This document shows, piece after piece, positions 35,913 through 45,810 of a stretch of 64,000 bases of DNA. Every line of letters starts with the position of its first letter. Position 1 is the stretch's first letter. The translations under genes were made by a program, and so were the position numbers. The stretch is from Rhodoferax sp. (GTDB lineage: Bacteria > Pseudomonadota > Gammaproteobacteria > Burkholderiales > Burkholderiaceae_C): NCBI RefSeq assembly GCF_025354435.1, contig NZ_JANXMU010000024.1, positions 2,949-66,948 on the forward strand, in the 5' to 3' direction. The notes below the pieces were generated by a model, which was not told where the DNA came from, searched no databases, and worked only from the letters and a program-made list of their open reading frames with translations.

Positions 35913-36365
35913 ATGGAATGCACAGTGAGTTGGACCGGCGCAGCGGGCACCCGTTCGGGTATGGGTTTTGTGGCCGAAACCGGTAGCGGCCACACCTTGG
36001 CCATGGACGGCGCGCCCGATGCGGTCAAGCCAGAGAATGGCGGTCAGAACCTAGCCCCGCGTCCGATGGAAACCCTGCTGGCGGGCACCGGCGGCTGCAC
36101 GGCCTACGACGTGGTGCTGATCTTGAAACGTGGCCGCCACGATGTGCGCGGCTGCTCGGTCAAGCTGGTGTCCGAACGCGCCGAGGTCGATCCCAAGGTG
36201 TTCACCAAGATCAACATGCATTTCACCGTGACCGGCAAAGGCATTCCCGCCGTGGCGGTAGAGCGTGCCATCGCCATGAGCCACGACAAATACTGCTCCG
36301 CCACCATCATGCTGGGCAAGACGGCTGAGATCACCACCAGTTTTGACCTGGTCGAAGCAGCTTAA
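35913..36365 (+). CDS. osmC: OsmC family peroxiredoxin
   Basis: ATG 35913 gives [54 protein letters not shown], with the two conserved Cys. Confidence 0.85.
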   Translation: MECTVSWTGAAGTRSGMGFVAETGSGHTLAMDGAPDAVKPENGGQNLAPRPMETLLAGTGGCTAYDVVLILKRGRHDVRGCSVKLVSERAEVDPKVFTKINMHFTVTGKGIPAVAVERAIAMSHDKYCSATIMLGKTAEITTSFDLVEAA

Positions 36366-37027
36366 ATTCGGTGCGCCACGGTGGTCATCACCTTGGCGGC
36401 CAGGGTCATCAGGGTTTTGACGGGCGCGGGCAGGTCCAGCGCGCCAGCCAGCGCGGCCTGTTGCGCATGGCGCTCTTCGTCGTCTTTCATTTGCACCACG
36501 ATGGCCCGTGAGGCGTGGTCGTCGGAGGGCAGGTCCTCCAGGTGGCTTTGCAGGTGCGCGGCGACCTGGTTTTCGGTTTCCACCACAAAACCCAGGCTCC
36601 AGCGGTCACCGCCGAATTGACCGGCAACCAGCCCCAGGCCAAAGGCCCCTGCGTACCACAGGGGATTCAATACGCTGGGATGGGCACCCAATTCGTCCAG
36701 CCGCTGGCGCGTCCAGGCCAGGTGGTCGGTTTCTTCGGCGGCCGCGTGCAGGAAATGGCTGCGCAGCGCGGGGCTTTTGGTGACCAGCGCCTGCGCGGTG
36801 TACAGGGCTTGGGCGCACACTTCACCGACATGGTTGACACGCATCAGCGCACCGGCATGGGCTTTGTCGGCCGGACTGAGTTCGGTCGCGCGCTCGGGCA
36901 CTGTCGGGCAACTGCGGCTGGCGTGCGGCTGGGTGAAAACCGTGCGCAGTGCGGTATCGGCCGCGCGGCAGAGCTGGTCGAGGGTGGGGAGGCGGGGCAA
37001 GGACATGCGTGGGCTGGATGAGGACAT
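36362..37027 (-). CDS. coq7: Demethoxyubiquinone hydroxylase (di-iron Coq7 family)
   Basis: ..[49 protein letters not shown] shows the ExxH di-iron motifs. I prefer ATG 37027. Confidence 0.9.
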   Translation of the reverse strand: MSSSSPRMSLPRLPTLDQLCRAADTALRTVFTQPHASRSCPTVPERATELSPADKAHAGALMRVNHVGEVCAQALYTAQALVTKSPALRSHFLHAAAEETDHLAWTRQRLDELGAHPSVLNPLWYAGAFGLGLVAGQFGGDRWSLGFVVETENQVAAHLQSHLEDLPSDDHASRAIVVQMKDDEERHAQQAALAGALDLPAPVKTLMTLAAKVMTTVAHRI

Positions 37028-37067
37028 CCGCTCACTGTAAAGCAAGCCCGCCTGCGTGTAGTTGCCC

Positions 37068-37099
37068 AAAAAAAAGTCCTCCACAGGGGAGGACTTTTT
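37068..37099. terminator. Bidirectional Rho-independent terminator (serves the porin gene on the minus strand)
   Basis: aaaaaaaaGTCCTCCacaggGGAGGACttttt. Confidence 0.8.
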
Positions 37100-37124
37100 A
37101 TCAGAGGCCGTTCAGGCCGCCCGG

Positions 37125-38375
37125 TCAGAAGCGGTGGCGAATGCCGAACGCCACGTTGGTCGAATCGGTACCTGCAGTGGCTGTCACACCACCCAGGAAA
37201 CCGTTACCACCGGGAGCCAGTTGCGAACTATTTTTATTATTGAAACGTGTCAGCACGGCGTTCAGGTCGGTCCGCTTGGACAGCGCATAGCTGTAAGCAA
37301 CACCGTACGAGTCCCGGTCTGCATTGGACGCGGTTTTGTCGTTCATGGTGTTGTAGGCCACAGTGACGGTGTTGGCACCCATGGTCATGCGGTAGCCGAT
37401 GTGAGCCAAGGTGGCGTTTTGCTTCAATGCAGTGGTGAAGGCGTTTTGTACCAATACACCTGCGCCGCCACCGACCAAGGCTGCAATGCCCGACACGCCT
37501 GCTGGATTGTCGTCTTTGATGGTGGCAAACATGGTGCTCAAAGTACCTGGGCCAATATCAACCGATGCACCCAAAATGCCATTCGTCAACGATTTTTGGC
37601 CTACTTCGTTATTCTGTGTGTTGTATCCGCCACCGACCGAGAAGCCCGCGCCTTTGTACACCACCATCGTGCCCAGCAAGCGGTTGGCCGAGTTATTGCC
37701 TGCCACTTCGCCCATGGCGTACATGACGGTGGCGGTAATGCCATTGGTCTGGATGGCGTACTGCAAGGCGTTGCTGGTGCGGATCGTGAAGGAAACCGGC
37801 ACCGACACCAACTGGCCCAGCGCCAGACTGGATTCAGTATGCATGGAGTCAAAAGTAGCGGATGCCAGATAGCCAGGTGTGTACTGGCGGCCTGCCGTGA
37901 TGGCACCTACTGGGGTAATAAGTCCGACGTAGGCCTGGCGGTCAAACAAATTCTTATCAATATGGTTGACGCCAAGCTGCGCGCCCAGGCTGCCTGCGAC
38001 GGCCGTCACTGCGGGTTGAAATACTGCGGGCAGGCCCATGAGGGTGGCTGTATTCAGGCGATCAGGCACTTGTGAGCCTGAGGCGGGGCGGTTACTTACC
38101 GAACCCGTATCCAGTTCGACCCGGCTTTCCAATGTGAAGATGGCCTTGTATCCGCCGCCCAGCTCTTCATTGCCTTTGAGGCCCCAGCGCGAACCTTCCA
38201 TGATGCCGCTGGCCAATTGGGTGACGGAACCTTGTTTCAGGCCTGTAACGTGGTTGAACCCTACATCGGCGATACCGTAAAGCGTTACGCTGCTGGCCGC
38301 AGGGGTTTCCTGTGCCATGGCTGCCGTGGCCATACAGCCCAGTGCGGCTGCAGAAACCAAAGTCATCTTCTTCAT
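37125..38375 (-). CDS. Gram-negative general porin (Omp32/OmpC superfamily), 416 aa
   Basis: The signal peptide MKKMTLVSAAALGCMATAAMAQ is followed by SVTLYGIADVGFNHV..GSRWGLKGNEELGGG.., and the protein ends ..VAFGIRHRF. Confidence 0.9.
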   Translation of the reverse strand: MKKMTLVSAAALGCMATAAMAQETPAASSVTLYGIADVGFNHVTGLKQGSVTQLASGIMEGSRWGLKGNEELGGGYKAIFTLESRVELDTGSVSNRPASGSQVPDRLNTATLMGLPAVFQPAVTAVAGSLGAQLGVNHIDKNLFDRQAYVGLITPVGAITAGRQYTPGYLASATFDSMHTESSLALGQLVSVPVSFTIRTSNALQYAIQTNGITATVMYAMGEVAGNNSANRLLGTMVVYKGAGFSVGGGYNTQNNEVGQKSLTNGILGASVDIGPGTLSTMFATIKDDNPAGVSGIAALVGGGAGVLVQNAFTTALKQNATLAHIGYRMTMGANTVTVAYNTMNDKTASNADRDSYGVAYSYALSKRTDLNAVLTRFNNKNSSQLAPGGNGFLGGVTATAGTDSTNVAFGIRHRF

Positions 38376-38825
38376 AGTTGCTCCAAAGTTATTCTCAAAA
38401 TTACGCCGTTAAGCTGCTGATTCCCCAGCTGACCTCGGTTGCTTACCAAGCTGCGTGAGCCCGCATGTTGCCAAATTACAGCCGTGCACAGGTCGCTTGT
38501 GCGACTTTTTTGGCAGGTACAAACCCTGTGTTCCCCTATTTCACTGGAGCTAGAGCGCCCTATGCCAAGTATCTACTGTGTTTCTTTTGGGCAAAGTTAC
38601 AACATCTTATGGTGGCACATGTAACAAGACCGGTAAGAGTTACGAAGTGATTACTTTGCGCTAAAAACCGTTGTTTAATTTCAACATATGCGCTTTTGTG
38701 ACAAGCTAGTCACTGAATGTTTATTAACCGTCTGGTGTAATCGCGGCAGCTTCTGAAACAGAAGTAACGTTGAGGTGGCAGCCAGACTGCAAACCCGACA
38801 CTTATCAATCTTTGGAGATACCTGA

Positions 38826-39938
38826 ATGAAAAAATCCCTGGTTGCATTGGCTGTGCTGGCCGCTTCCGGCGCCGCAATGGCCCAATCTTCCGTCACTCTG
38901 TACGGCGTTGTTGACGTGTTTGTGGGTAGCTCGTCGACAACAAACAAGGGCAATGTTGCCGTGCCATCGTTGCGCCAGACCGTTGAGACCTCGGGTTCTG
39001 TCAATGGTTCGCGTTGGGGCCTGAAGGGTTCCGAAGATCTGGGTGGCGGTTTGAACGCCGTCTTTGATCTGCAAAGCGGTTTCAGCCTGGACACCGGCGC
39101 TTCTGGCCAAGGTGCTTCCGGCGTAGGCCTGTTGTTCGGTCGCCAGGCCATCGTTGGTCTGCAAGGCGGCTTTGGTAAGGTTGTGGTTGGCCGCGTGATC
39201 ACGCCGTTCTACGACAACGAAGGTATGAATGACTCCATGCTGAACGGCTCCTTGTCGGCCCAAAGCAATGTCATGCGCACTGCCAACGGTTTCAACACCT
39301 TCTATGACGGCAAGAGCGGCCCTACCATTGCAGGCGTCGCTACTGGAGCTTTGGCTAACTACGTTCTGCGCGCCAATAACGCTGTGCGTTATGACACCCC
39401 GAACATCGCTGGTTTTGTCGGTGCAGTGGCTTACTCGCTGGCTGAGCGTACCCAAACCAATTTCGCTACCAACATCGGCATCAGCGTGGTTTCGACCTCC
39501 CTGGTGTACGCAAACGGCCCTTTGAGCGGCGTTTTGGCTTACCAATCGGAGAAGCCTTTCTCGGTGTTTGGCACGGCGACCGACCGCAATTACACCCGTC
39601 TGTCGGGCCAGTATGACTTCGGCAAGATCATTGCCAAGGCTGGCTATGGCCGCGTGAAGAATGTGGATTACGTGAAAGACGCTTCCACCAGCGAATACCA
39701 GATCGGTCTGGACTTCAAGGTAACCGATGCGTTCTTGCTGACCGGCGGCGTAGCCCAATCCAAGGACAACCTGGCTGCTGGTGATGTGAAGCGCACGGCT
39801 TACGCCTTGGGTTACAAGTACACCATGTCCAAGCGTACCTTCCTGTACGGCGGCTACGAATCCGGCGTTGGCAAGGTCAATGGTTCGCCTGATGCCAAGC
39901 AAAACATTTTTGCTCTGGGCGTCCAGCACCGTTTCTGA
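38826..39938 (+). CDS. Gram-negative general porin (Omp32 type), 370 aa
   Basis: MKKSLVALAVLAASGAAMAQSSVTLYGVVDVFVG..GSRWGLKGSEDLGGG..FALGVQHRF. GGAGA lies upstream of the ATG. Confidence 0.9.
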   Translation: MKKSLVALAVLAASGAAMAQSSVTLYGVVDVFVGSSSTTNKGNVAVPSLRQTVETSGSVNGSRWGLKGSEDLGGGLNAVFDLQSGFSLDTGASGQGASGVGLLFGRQAIVGLQGGFGKVVVGRVITPFYDNEGMNDSMLNGSLSAQSNVMRTANGFNTFYDGKSGPTIAGVATGALANYVLRANNAVRYDTPNIAGFVGAVAYSLAERTQTNFATNIGISVVSTSLVYANGPLSGVLAYQSEKPFSVFGTATDRNYTRLSGQYDFGKIIAKAGYGRVKNVDYVKDASTSEYQIGLDFKVTDAFLLTGGVAQSKDNLAAGDVKRTAYALGYKYTMSKRTFLYGGYESGVGKVNGSPDAKQNIFALGVQHRF

Positions 39939-39976
39939 TCTGACGCTGGCGCAAGCCAGTTGACGGTTTGAACTTC

Positions 39977-40010
39977 AAAAACCCACTGTGTCAAAGCAGT
40001 GGGTTTTTTG
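39977..40010 (+). terminator. Rho-independent terminator of the porin gene
   Basis: aaaAACCCACTGtgtcaaagCAGTGGGTTtttt. A second perfect 10-bp hairpin GCATTGGCCT-ttaaag-AGGCCAATGC follows at 40024..40049. Confidence 0.85.
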
Positions 40011-40060
40011 TTGCGTGTTTGAAATGCATTGGCCTTTAAAGAGGCCAATGCCGAGAAACC

Positions 40061-40996
40061 TTAATCTGCAGAGGCCAGGTCTGGGCCTTTCTTGTTTTTG
40101 CGTGCGTCCTTCTTGGCTTGCCGCGCAGCATCGGCGGCCTGGCCTACGGCCAGCCACTGGGCGAATTCTTCCGGGGTTTCCAGCGTCACACGGCCCAGCG
40201 TGGCGGAGCGGAACTCGGTCAGCACAATCTCGGCAGCTTTTTGCAGGTTGACCTTGCCACCGCCCAGCAGGCCGCCGCGTTTGCGGGCGATCTCGGTGAG
40301 TACGCCAACATCCGTCAGGCCCAGGATCGGGTCCAGTTTGTAACGTTCTTCCACCTGTCCGGCGTAGTGCTTTTGCAGGATCAGCAACAGCTCCAGCGCC
40401 ACTTCTTCTTCGTCAAAAGCATTGCGGCCGATGGAACCGCAGGCGGCCAGGTGGTAGCCACTTTGTTCCACGATGATGCGCGGCCACAGCATGCCGGGCG
40501 TGTCGTAGGCATAGAAGTCGTCGGCCAGCACGATGCGCTGCTCCAGTTTGGTGATGCCTGCCTCGTCGCCGGTTTTGGCGGCGCGCTTGCCTTTCAGGGT
40601 GTTGATCAGTGTGGACTTGCCCACGTTCGGTACGCCGCAAATCAGCACCCGCATCGGCTTGACCATGCCGCCGCGGAGCGGGGCCAGCAGGCGGCAGGCG
40701 GGGATGAGGCGTTGGGAGGGCGCGGTTTCGCTGGCATCCAGGGCAATGGCGCGGGTGCCGGGCAGGCCGTTGTAGTGCGCCAGCCACAGTGCGGTGCGGG
40801 CCGGGTCGGCAATGTCCTGCTTGTTCAGGATTTTGAGGGTGGGCGTGCTGCCGATCAGCTCGGCCAGCATGGGGTTGGCGCTGGAGCCGGGCATGCGTGC
40901 GTCCAGCAGCTCGATCACCACGTCGGTCTCTTTGAGGCGCTCGGTGATGGCTTTTTTGGTCAGGTGCATGTGACCGGGGAACCATTGGATGGCCAT
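40061..40996 (-). CDS. ylqF: Ribosome biogenesis GTPase YlqF/RbgA
   Basis: MAIQWFPGHMHLTKKAI..LDARMP..LNKQD..GVPNVGKST shows the circularly permuted GTPase motif order. Confidence 0.9.
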   Translation of the reverse strand: MAIQWFPGHMHLTKKAITERLKETDVVIELLDARMPGSSANPMLAELIGSTPTLKILNKQDIADPARTALWLAHYNGLPGTRAIALDASETAPSQRLIPACRLLAPLRGGMVKPMRVLICGVPNVGKSTLINTLKGKRAAKTGDEAGITKLEQRIVLADDFYAYDTPGMLWPRIIVEQSGYHLAACGSIGRNAFDEEEVALELLLILQKHYAGQVEERYKLDPILGLTDVGVLTEIARKRGGLLGGGKVNLQKAAEIVLTEFRSATLGRVTLETPEEFAQWLAVGQAADAARQAKKDARKNKKGPDLASAD

Positions 40997-41008
40997 GGGA
41001 AATTCTTT

Positions 41009-41509
41009 CTAGATTTTGTTGCTGCTGGACGTGCTGCCGAAGGAGACTAAATCCAGCGGCAAAGCCGTGGTGGATTTGATTTGCTCCATGGAGAAGGCGG
41101 AGGACACGCCGCTCAAAGGCACGGCCTGGATGAGTTTTTTGTAGAACCGATCGTAACCGCCGATGTCGGTAGTCACCACTTTGAGTAAATAGTCCACATC
41201 GCCGCTCATGCGGTGCAGCTCCTGGATCTCGGGTAGGGCGGAAGCGGCGGCGGCAAACTGGGCCAGCCATTTCTCGTCGTGGTGGGCGGTGCGGATGCTG
41301 ACGAATACGGTGATGGGCAGGCCCACCTTATGCCTATCCACCAGCGCCACGCGGCCGGTGAGGTACCCGGCATCTTCCAGGCGTTTCAGGCGCTTCCAGC
41401 AGGGCGTGCTGGACAGGCCCACCCGCTCGGCTAGCGCGGCCACCGACAGGCTGCCGTCGATCTGCAGCGCGCCCAAAATGGCGTAATCCAGGCGATCAAG
41501 TTCATTCAT
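41009..41509 (-). CDS. lrp: Lrp/AsnC family transcriptional regulator
   Basis: 166 aa. LDRLDYAILGALQIDGSLSVAALAERVGLSSTPCWKRLKRLEDAGYL. Confidence 0.9.
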   Translation of the reverse strand: MNELDRLDYAILGALQIDGSLSVAALAERVGLSSTPCWKRLKRLEDAGYLTGRVALVDRHKVGLPITVFVSIRTAHHDEKWLAQFAAAASALPEIQELHRMSGDVDYLLKVVTTDIGGYDRFYKKLIQAVPLSGVSSAFSMEQIKSTTALPLDLVSFGSTSSSNKI

Positions 41510-41610
41510 GCTAAATATTCGATATTTATAGTTTATTTTTTCTTTTATTTGTCCATATTGTAATATTTTTGGAATCCATATTTCGAAATGGCTAGGTAGG
41601 ATTCGCCGCC

Positions 41611-43137
41611 ATGAACTCCACTATCTACCTCGACTGCAATGCCACCACCCCCGTACTGCCCGCCGCCCTGGCCGCTGCGCAGCAGGCCATGGCGGCCGTG
41701 TTTGGCAACCCCAGCAGCACGCATGCCACGGGTGTGCAGGCCCGGCAACTGGTGGATGCCGTGCGTGCCCGTGCGGCGCGGGTACTGGGTGCGGGGGAGG
41801 GCGACGTACTGTTCACCAGTGGTGCCACCGAAGGCATCCAGACAGCAGTGCTGTCTGCCCTGTGTGCCGTGCGGGGCCGACAGGCGCGCGGCGACGCAGT
41901 GGGCCGCCTGCTGCTGTATGGAGCTACCGAGCACAAAGCCGTGCCCGAAAGTCTGGCCCACTGGAACCGGGTGCTGGGTCTGCAACTGGAACTGCACGCC
42001 TTGCCGGTAGAGCGCAGCGGGCGACACGATCTGGCCGCCTTGCGTGCACTGGCTCCGCAGGCCGCGCTGGTCTGCACCATGGCTGCCAATAACGAGACCG
42101 GCGTGGTGTCGGACCTGGCGGGTATCGAAGCCGTGTTGGCGACCGTGGCCCCGCAGGCCTACTGGCTGGTGGACTGCGTGCAGGCCTTGGGCAAGCTGCC
42201 TTTGCACTTGGCGCAGACCCGCATCGACTACGCGCCGTTTTCCGGCCACAAGCTGTATGCGCCCAAAGGTATCGGCCTGCTGTACGTCCGCCCAGGTGCG
42301 CCCTTTACCCCGCTGATGGCCGGGGGCGGGCAGGAAGATGGCCTGCGTTCCGGTACCGAAAACATGGTCGGCATCGCGGCGCTGGGCGCGGTGTTGCAAG
42401 CGCTGGAGGACGGCGGTAGCTTCAGCAGTCCCACCAAAATGCTACAGTTTCGAGAGCATTTTGTGCAGAGCCTGCATGCGGCGTGGCCCGAAATCATCTT
42501 TAATGCCAAGTTTGACGATACCCTGCCCACTACCTTGAATTTTTCGGTGCCTGGTTTGCCCAGCAGCGCGGTGGTGGATGCGCTGGGTGCCGTGGGCGTA
42601 CAGGTGAGCGCAGGCAGTGCCTGCTCGGCCAAGAAAGTGGCCCCTAGTTACGTGTTACGGGCCATGGGCGTGCCCGAATGGCAGGCCGCATCGGCCGTGC
42701 GCATGTCGTTTGGAGCGATGGCCGATGCGACCTTCATCGCCGCCGCCTGTAAGCGCATCGCCCGCTGTGGTGCTGAGTTGCAAACCCGCGCTGCCGCTGC
42801 CGAGGCATTGCGTTGCGGCCCGCCGCTGCAGGCCGACCCGGCCATGCACCTGGTGCCTGCCGAATTGACCGATTTTTTTCAGCAGCACCCTAACGCCGTG
42901 TTGGTGGACGTACGTGAACCTCAAGAGCATGCCGCCGACCCCCAGCCTTTGGGCTGTGGCCGCACTGCGCTGAATGTGCCGCTAGGTAGCTTGGACGCTC
43001 GCTTGGCGGACTGGCTGGGCGGAGCACCCGTACCCTTGGTGTTTGTGTGCCGAAGCGGCCAGCGCAGCCAGCGCGCGGTACATACCCTGCGGCAACTGGG
43101 TTATGTGCAGGCCTGGCAATTGCTATCTAAAGAGTAG
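41611..43137 (+). CDS. Cysteine desulfurase (class V aminotransferase, NifS/IscS-like) fused to a C-terminal rhodanese domain
   Basis: 508 aa. IYLDCNATTP, the PLP-lysine motif SGHKLYAPKG and the catalytic loop SAGSACSA mark the desulfurase. From about 42808 the rhodanese module reads VLVDVREPQEH..LVFVCRSGQRS (Cys codon 43048..43050). Confidence 0.85.
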   Translation: MNSTIYLDCNATTPVLPAALAAAQQAMAAVFGNPSSTHATGVQARQLVDAVRARAARVLGAGEGDVLFTSGATEGIQTAVLSALCAVRGRQARGDAVGRLLLYGATEHKAVPESLAHWNRVLGLQLELHALPVERSGRHDLAALRALAPQAALVCTMAANNETGVVSDLAGIEAVLATVAPQAYWLVDCVQALGKLPLHLAQTRIDYAPFSGHKLYAPKGIGLLYVRPGAPFTPLMAGGGQEDGLRSGTENMVGIAALGAVLQALEDGGSFSSPTKMLQFREHFVQSLHAAWPEIIFNAKFDDTLPTTLNFSVPGLPSSAVVDALGAVGVQVSAGSACSAKKVAPSYVLRAMGVPEWQAASAVRMSFGAMADATFIAAACKRIARCGAELQTRAAAAEALRCGPPLQADPAMHLVPAELTDFFQQHPNAVLVDVREPQEHAADPQPLGCGRTALNVPLGSLDARLADWLGGAPVPLVFVCRSGQRSQRAVHTLRQLGYVQAWQLLSKE

Positions 43138-43185
43138 CTACTAGCGCTTATCCCATCAGCACAAGCACCCTAAAAAGCATCAAAC
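43117..43185 (-). repeat. AT-rich repeat family copy spanning the last 6 codons and stop of the desulfurase-rhodanese gene
   Basis: caattgctatctaaagagtagctactagcgcttatcccatcagcacaagcaccctaaaaagc. In frame it reads QLLSKE-stop. Confidence 0.6.
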
Positions 43186-43188
43186 CGT

Positions 43189-43650
43189 TCAAAACCTAAA
43201 TAGCTGACCATTGCCCATACGCACGCGGTCGCCGATGCGCAGGTCGGTTTGTACGGGCACGCTGAAGTAGCGGTAGCTGCCGTCGTCGGCTTGAACGCCC
43301 ACGCGGTAGGACTCGTGGACCTGGCCAGGCTGCTGGTTGCTTTCGATCGCATTGCCTGCGACCGCGCCGCCTACACCGCCAAGGACGGTGGCTGCGCTTT
43401 TGCCAAAACCGCCACCGACCTGGTGGCCGATCACTGCGCCCAAGATACCGCCAATCAGGGCACCACCGCCGGTGGCCTGGGGACGCTCTTGCGTACGGAT
43501 CAGCTCCATCTGGGCCACGCGGCCAGTGTCTACGCGCTGTACCTGTTGCACGGCGACAGGCTGGGGGGCCTGCTGGTAAGGGGCCACCACACAGGCGCTG
43601 AGGCCGGTGGCGAGCAGGGTGGCGGTAAGGACGGTAGTGGTAAAGCGCAT
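43189..43650 (-). CDS. Glycine-zipper 2TM outer-membrane lipoprotein (SlyB/17-kDa antigen-like)
   Basis: Internal ATG 43650 gives MRFTTTVLTATLLATGLSAC (lipobox). The glycine zipper reads GGGALIGGILGAVIGHQVGGGFGKSAATVLGGVGGAVAG. Confidence 0.8.
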   Translation of the reverse strand: MRFTTTVLTATLLATGLSACVVAPYQQAPQPVAVQQVQRVDTGRVAQMELIRTQERPQATGGGALIGGILGAVIGHQVGGGFGKSAATVLGGVGGAVAGNAIESNQQPGQVHESYRVGVQADDGSYRYFSVPVQTDLRIGDRVRMGNGQLFRF

Positions 43651-43912
43651 AGCGGGATGTTCCTGGAAAAATGGCACCTGGACGGTGTTTTGCTTACTTT
43701 GTATGACGCGCCAAGCGGAAGATGGTTGACAGGGTCTCCCTGGCATTGGTTCCATCGGCAACGTGAACGGTGTGTAAACGGCAGACAATAGTGGTCTGCA
43801 TGGAGCAGGGCCCCGCGCCCCTTACCGGCCATGCAACGCTCCGCACAATTCCCTTGTCCTTTTCGCCTGAAAGTCCGCCCCATTGGTGGGCTGCGGCCTT
43901 GTATTGCCTACC

Positions 43913-45130
43913 GTGAAACTCAAAGACTTCCTGCGCACCATTCCCTACCTGGCCTGGGTGGTGATCTATACCGCGTTCTGCGCGGGCATTTTTGCGGCCA
44001 TTTTGGGGGCCATTACGCCCGAGCTGCGCGAGGAGCTGGACAACTACCAGCAGCTGGGTATTTTGATGATGGTCTGGTCCAGCGGCGCGGTGCTGGGGGC
44101 TTTGCAGGGCGGGCGCATGGCCCAGCGCTACCCACCCCGGGCCCTGTTTTTAAGCTACACCGCCGCTGCACTGGCCTCGATCGTGCTGATCGTACTGTCG
44201 CCCAATTTTGGCGCGCTGTTGCTGGGGTTTTTTGCGGTGGCGCTGGTGGAAACGGCGCTGTTCACCCTGGCCCACAGCATCCTGGCCGATGTGAGCCCGC
44301 AGCCCGAGCTGCGCGCCCGGCTGCTGAGCATGGTGGACGTGGCCTTCAGCCTGGGCAATCTGCTGTCGCCCATGGCGGTGATTGGCGTGCAGAGCCTGAA
44401 CACCAACTGGCGCGCGCCCTATGCCTTGTACCTGGTGCCGCTGTTCAGCGTGCTACTGCTGTTCTGGCCGCGCCGCCACTTCGTGCACTTGGCGCCAAGC
44501 CACCACGCGGCCGAGGAGCAGGGCGGCGCACTCAGCTACGCACAACTGCTGCGCCGCCCACTGGTCGCCTGGGTGGTAGCGGGCGGGGTGCTGAGCGGGT
44601 TTCTGGAATGGGGGCAAAACTTTTGGTACGTGAGCTACGGCATCAGCGCCCAGCACCTTAGCGCCAATGCCGCACGGGTGGGGTTGCAGTTTTTTGTGGC
44701 CGGGATGGTGGCGGCGCGGTTGTGGCAAGCGTTTTTCCAAAGCAGCTGGTCGATACGGCAGAAGCTGTGGCGCATGAATCTGCTGGCGCTGGCGGGCATG
44801 GCGCTGAACGTGGCCTTGCCGGGCTTGGGCGGCTGGGCACTGCCCGCCGTGGGCAACTTTATGGTGGGCCTGGGGATTGGCGTGGTGTTCCCGATCCTGC
44901 TGGCCATCATGATCGACGCGGCACCGGGGCAGACCTCTCGGTTGTCGGCGCTGCTGATGATTGGTTTCAGCGTGGGTTCGCAGCTGGCGGGCTTGCTGGT
45001 GGGCAGCCTGTCGGACTGGGTGGGCCTGCGCTGGGCCTATGGCTGCATGCTGCTGGTCGTGCTGGCGTTCACGGCGGTTGTCTGGCGGATCGTGCACTTT
45101 GCCGCCCCGCCCGTCCAAAATAAACAATAA
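43913..45130 (+). CDS. MFS transporter
   Basis: About 12 hydrophobic segments. The start is uncertain: GTG 43913 gives MKLKDFLRTIPYLAWVVIY, while the track start TTG is at 43883. Confidence 0.75.
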   Translation: MKLKDFLRTIPYLAWVVIYTAFCAGIFAAILGAITPELREELDNYQQLGILMMVWSSGAVLGALQGGRMAQRYPPRALFLSYTAAALASIVLIVLSPNFGALLLGFFAVALVETALFTLAHSILADVSPQPELRARLLSMVDVAFSLGNLLSPMAVIGVQSLNTNWRAPYALYLVPLFSVLLLFWPRRHFVHLAPSHHAAEEQGGALSYAQLLRRPLVAWVVAGGVLSGFLEWGQNFWYVSYGISAQHLSANAARVGLQFFVAGMVAARLWQAFFQSSWSIRQKLWRMNLLALAGMALNVALPGLGGWALPAVGNFMVGLGIGVVFPILLAIMIDAAPGQTSRLSALLMIGFSVGSQLAGLLVGSLSDWVGLRWAYGCMLLVVLAFTAVVWRIVHFAAPPVQNKQ

Positions 45131-45190
45131 AATAGGCCGATAGCGCATTTTCTGCTTACGCTAGTAGCTATTTTAAATATAGCAATGCAC
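45122..45190 (+). repeat. AT-rich repeat family copy filling the convergent MFS/pqiC gap
   Basis: aaacaataaaataggccgatagcgcattttctgcttacgctagtagctattttaaatatagcaat matches 6171..6236 at 43 of 66 ungapped positions (hand count). It overlaps the MFS stop codon. Confidence 0.8.
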
Positions 45191-45810
45191 TAACCTGGGC
45201 AGGTGGCGGCAGCGTCTGCATCTAGCGCCTTGACCGACGTCGCCATGCTTTGCGCCGCGCGGCTGGTCAGGCGCTGTGCGCCCTGGGCCAGGGCGGCTAT
45301 GCCAGAGCCCACGGGCTCAGCCTGGCTCCATTGGCAGGCCAGAGTGCGGCTGACCATGCCGGTGCTGTCCAGACGGCGAATGGTCCAGCTGAAGCTGGCC
45401 TGCACCTGGCTGTCCACAGTGGCATCCCACTGGCGCAGTTGCACAGCGATGCGGTAGACCGGCTGGCTGGCCAGGCGGCCGCCGGTGGTTACGTCGATAG
45501 CGCCCAGCTGCTGGGTGATACCGCTCACCAGCGCGTCGTGCAGCTCGCTGTCAAACGGTGCGGCCCAGCGGTGCAGGTCCAGAATGTCTACCGGCGCGCT
45601 GGCGCTGCGAACCACCAGCTGCGGGCGCACCAAGCGCTCGGGCAGGGCGATAGGCGGGATTTCAACCTGCAGCGCGCTGGCCGGTGCCATGGTGGCTATA
45701 ACGGCCGGGGCTAGGCTGTAGTAGCGCACAGCAGGCCTAGTGGCACAGCCCGCCAGGACGGCCACCATGGCCAGGGCGGCCAGGGCTGTGGCGTGACGGG
45801 TCAACTTCAT
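45190..45810 (-). CDS. pqiC: PqiC-like (YmbA/DUF330) lipoprotein, membrane-integrity transporter subunit
   Basis: The lipobox is LAGC. ..VRYYSLAP..PERLVRPQLVV.. The gene lies downstream of pqiB with a 4-nt overlap. Confidence 0.8.
   Translation of the reverse strand: MKLTRHATALAALAMVAVLAGCATRPAVRYYSLAPAVIATMAPASALQVEIPPIALPERLVRPQLVVRSASAPVDILDLHRWAAPFDSELHDALVSGITQQLGAIDVTTGGRLASQPVYRIAVQLRQWDATVDSQVQASFSWTIRRLDSTGMVSRTLACQWSQAEPVGSGIAALAQGAQRLTSRAAQSMATSVKALDADAAATCPG

Noticed and set aside
35717-36028. A 103-aa minus-strand track ORF between ilvA and osmC
   Set aside because: It overlaps the osmC 5' end in antisense and runs through the hairpin/terminator unit. I recognise no family and see no RBS. 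I interpret the region as non-coding RNA or leader instead.
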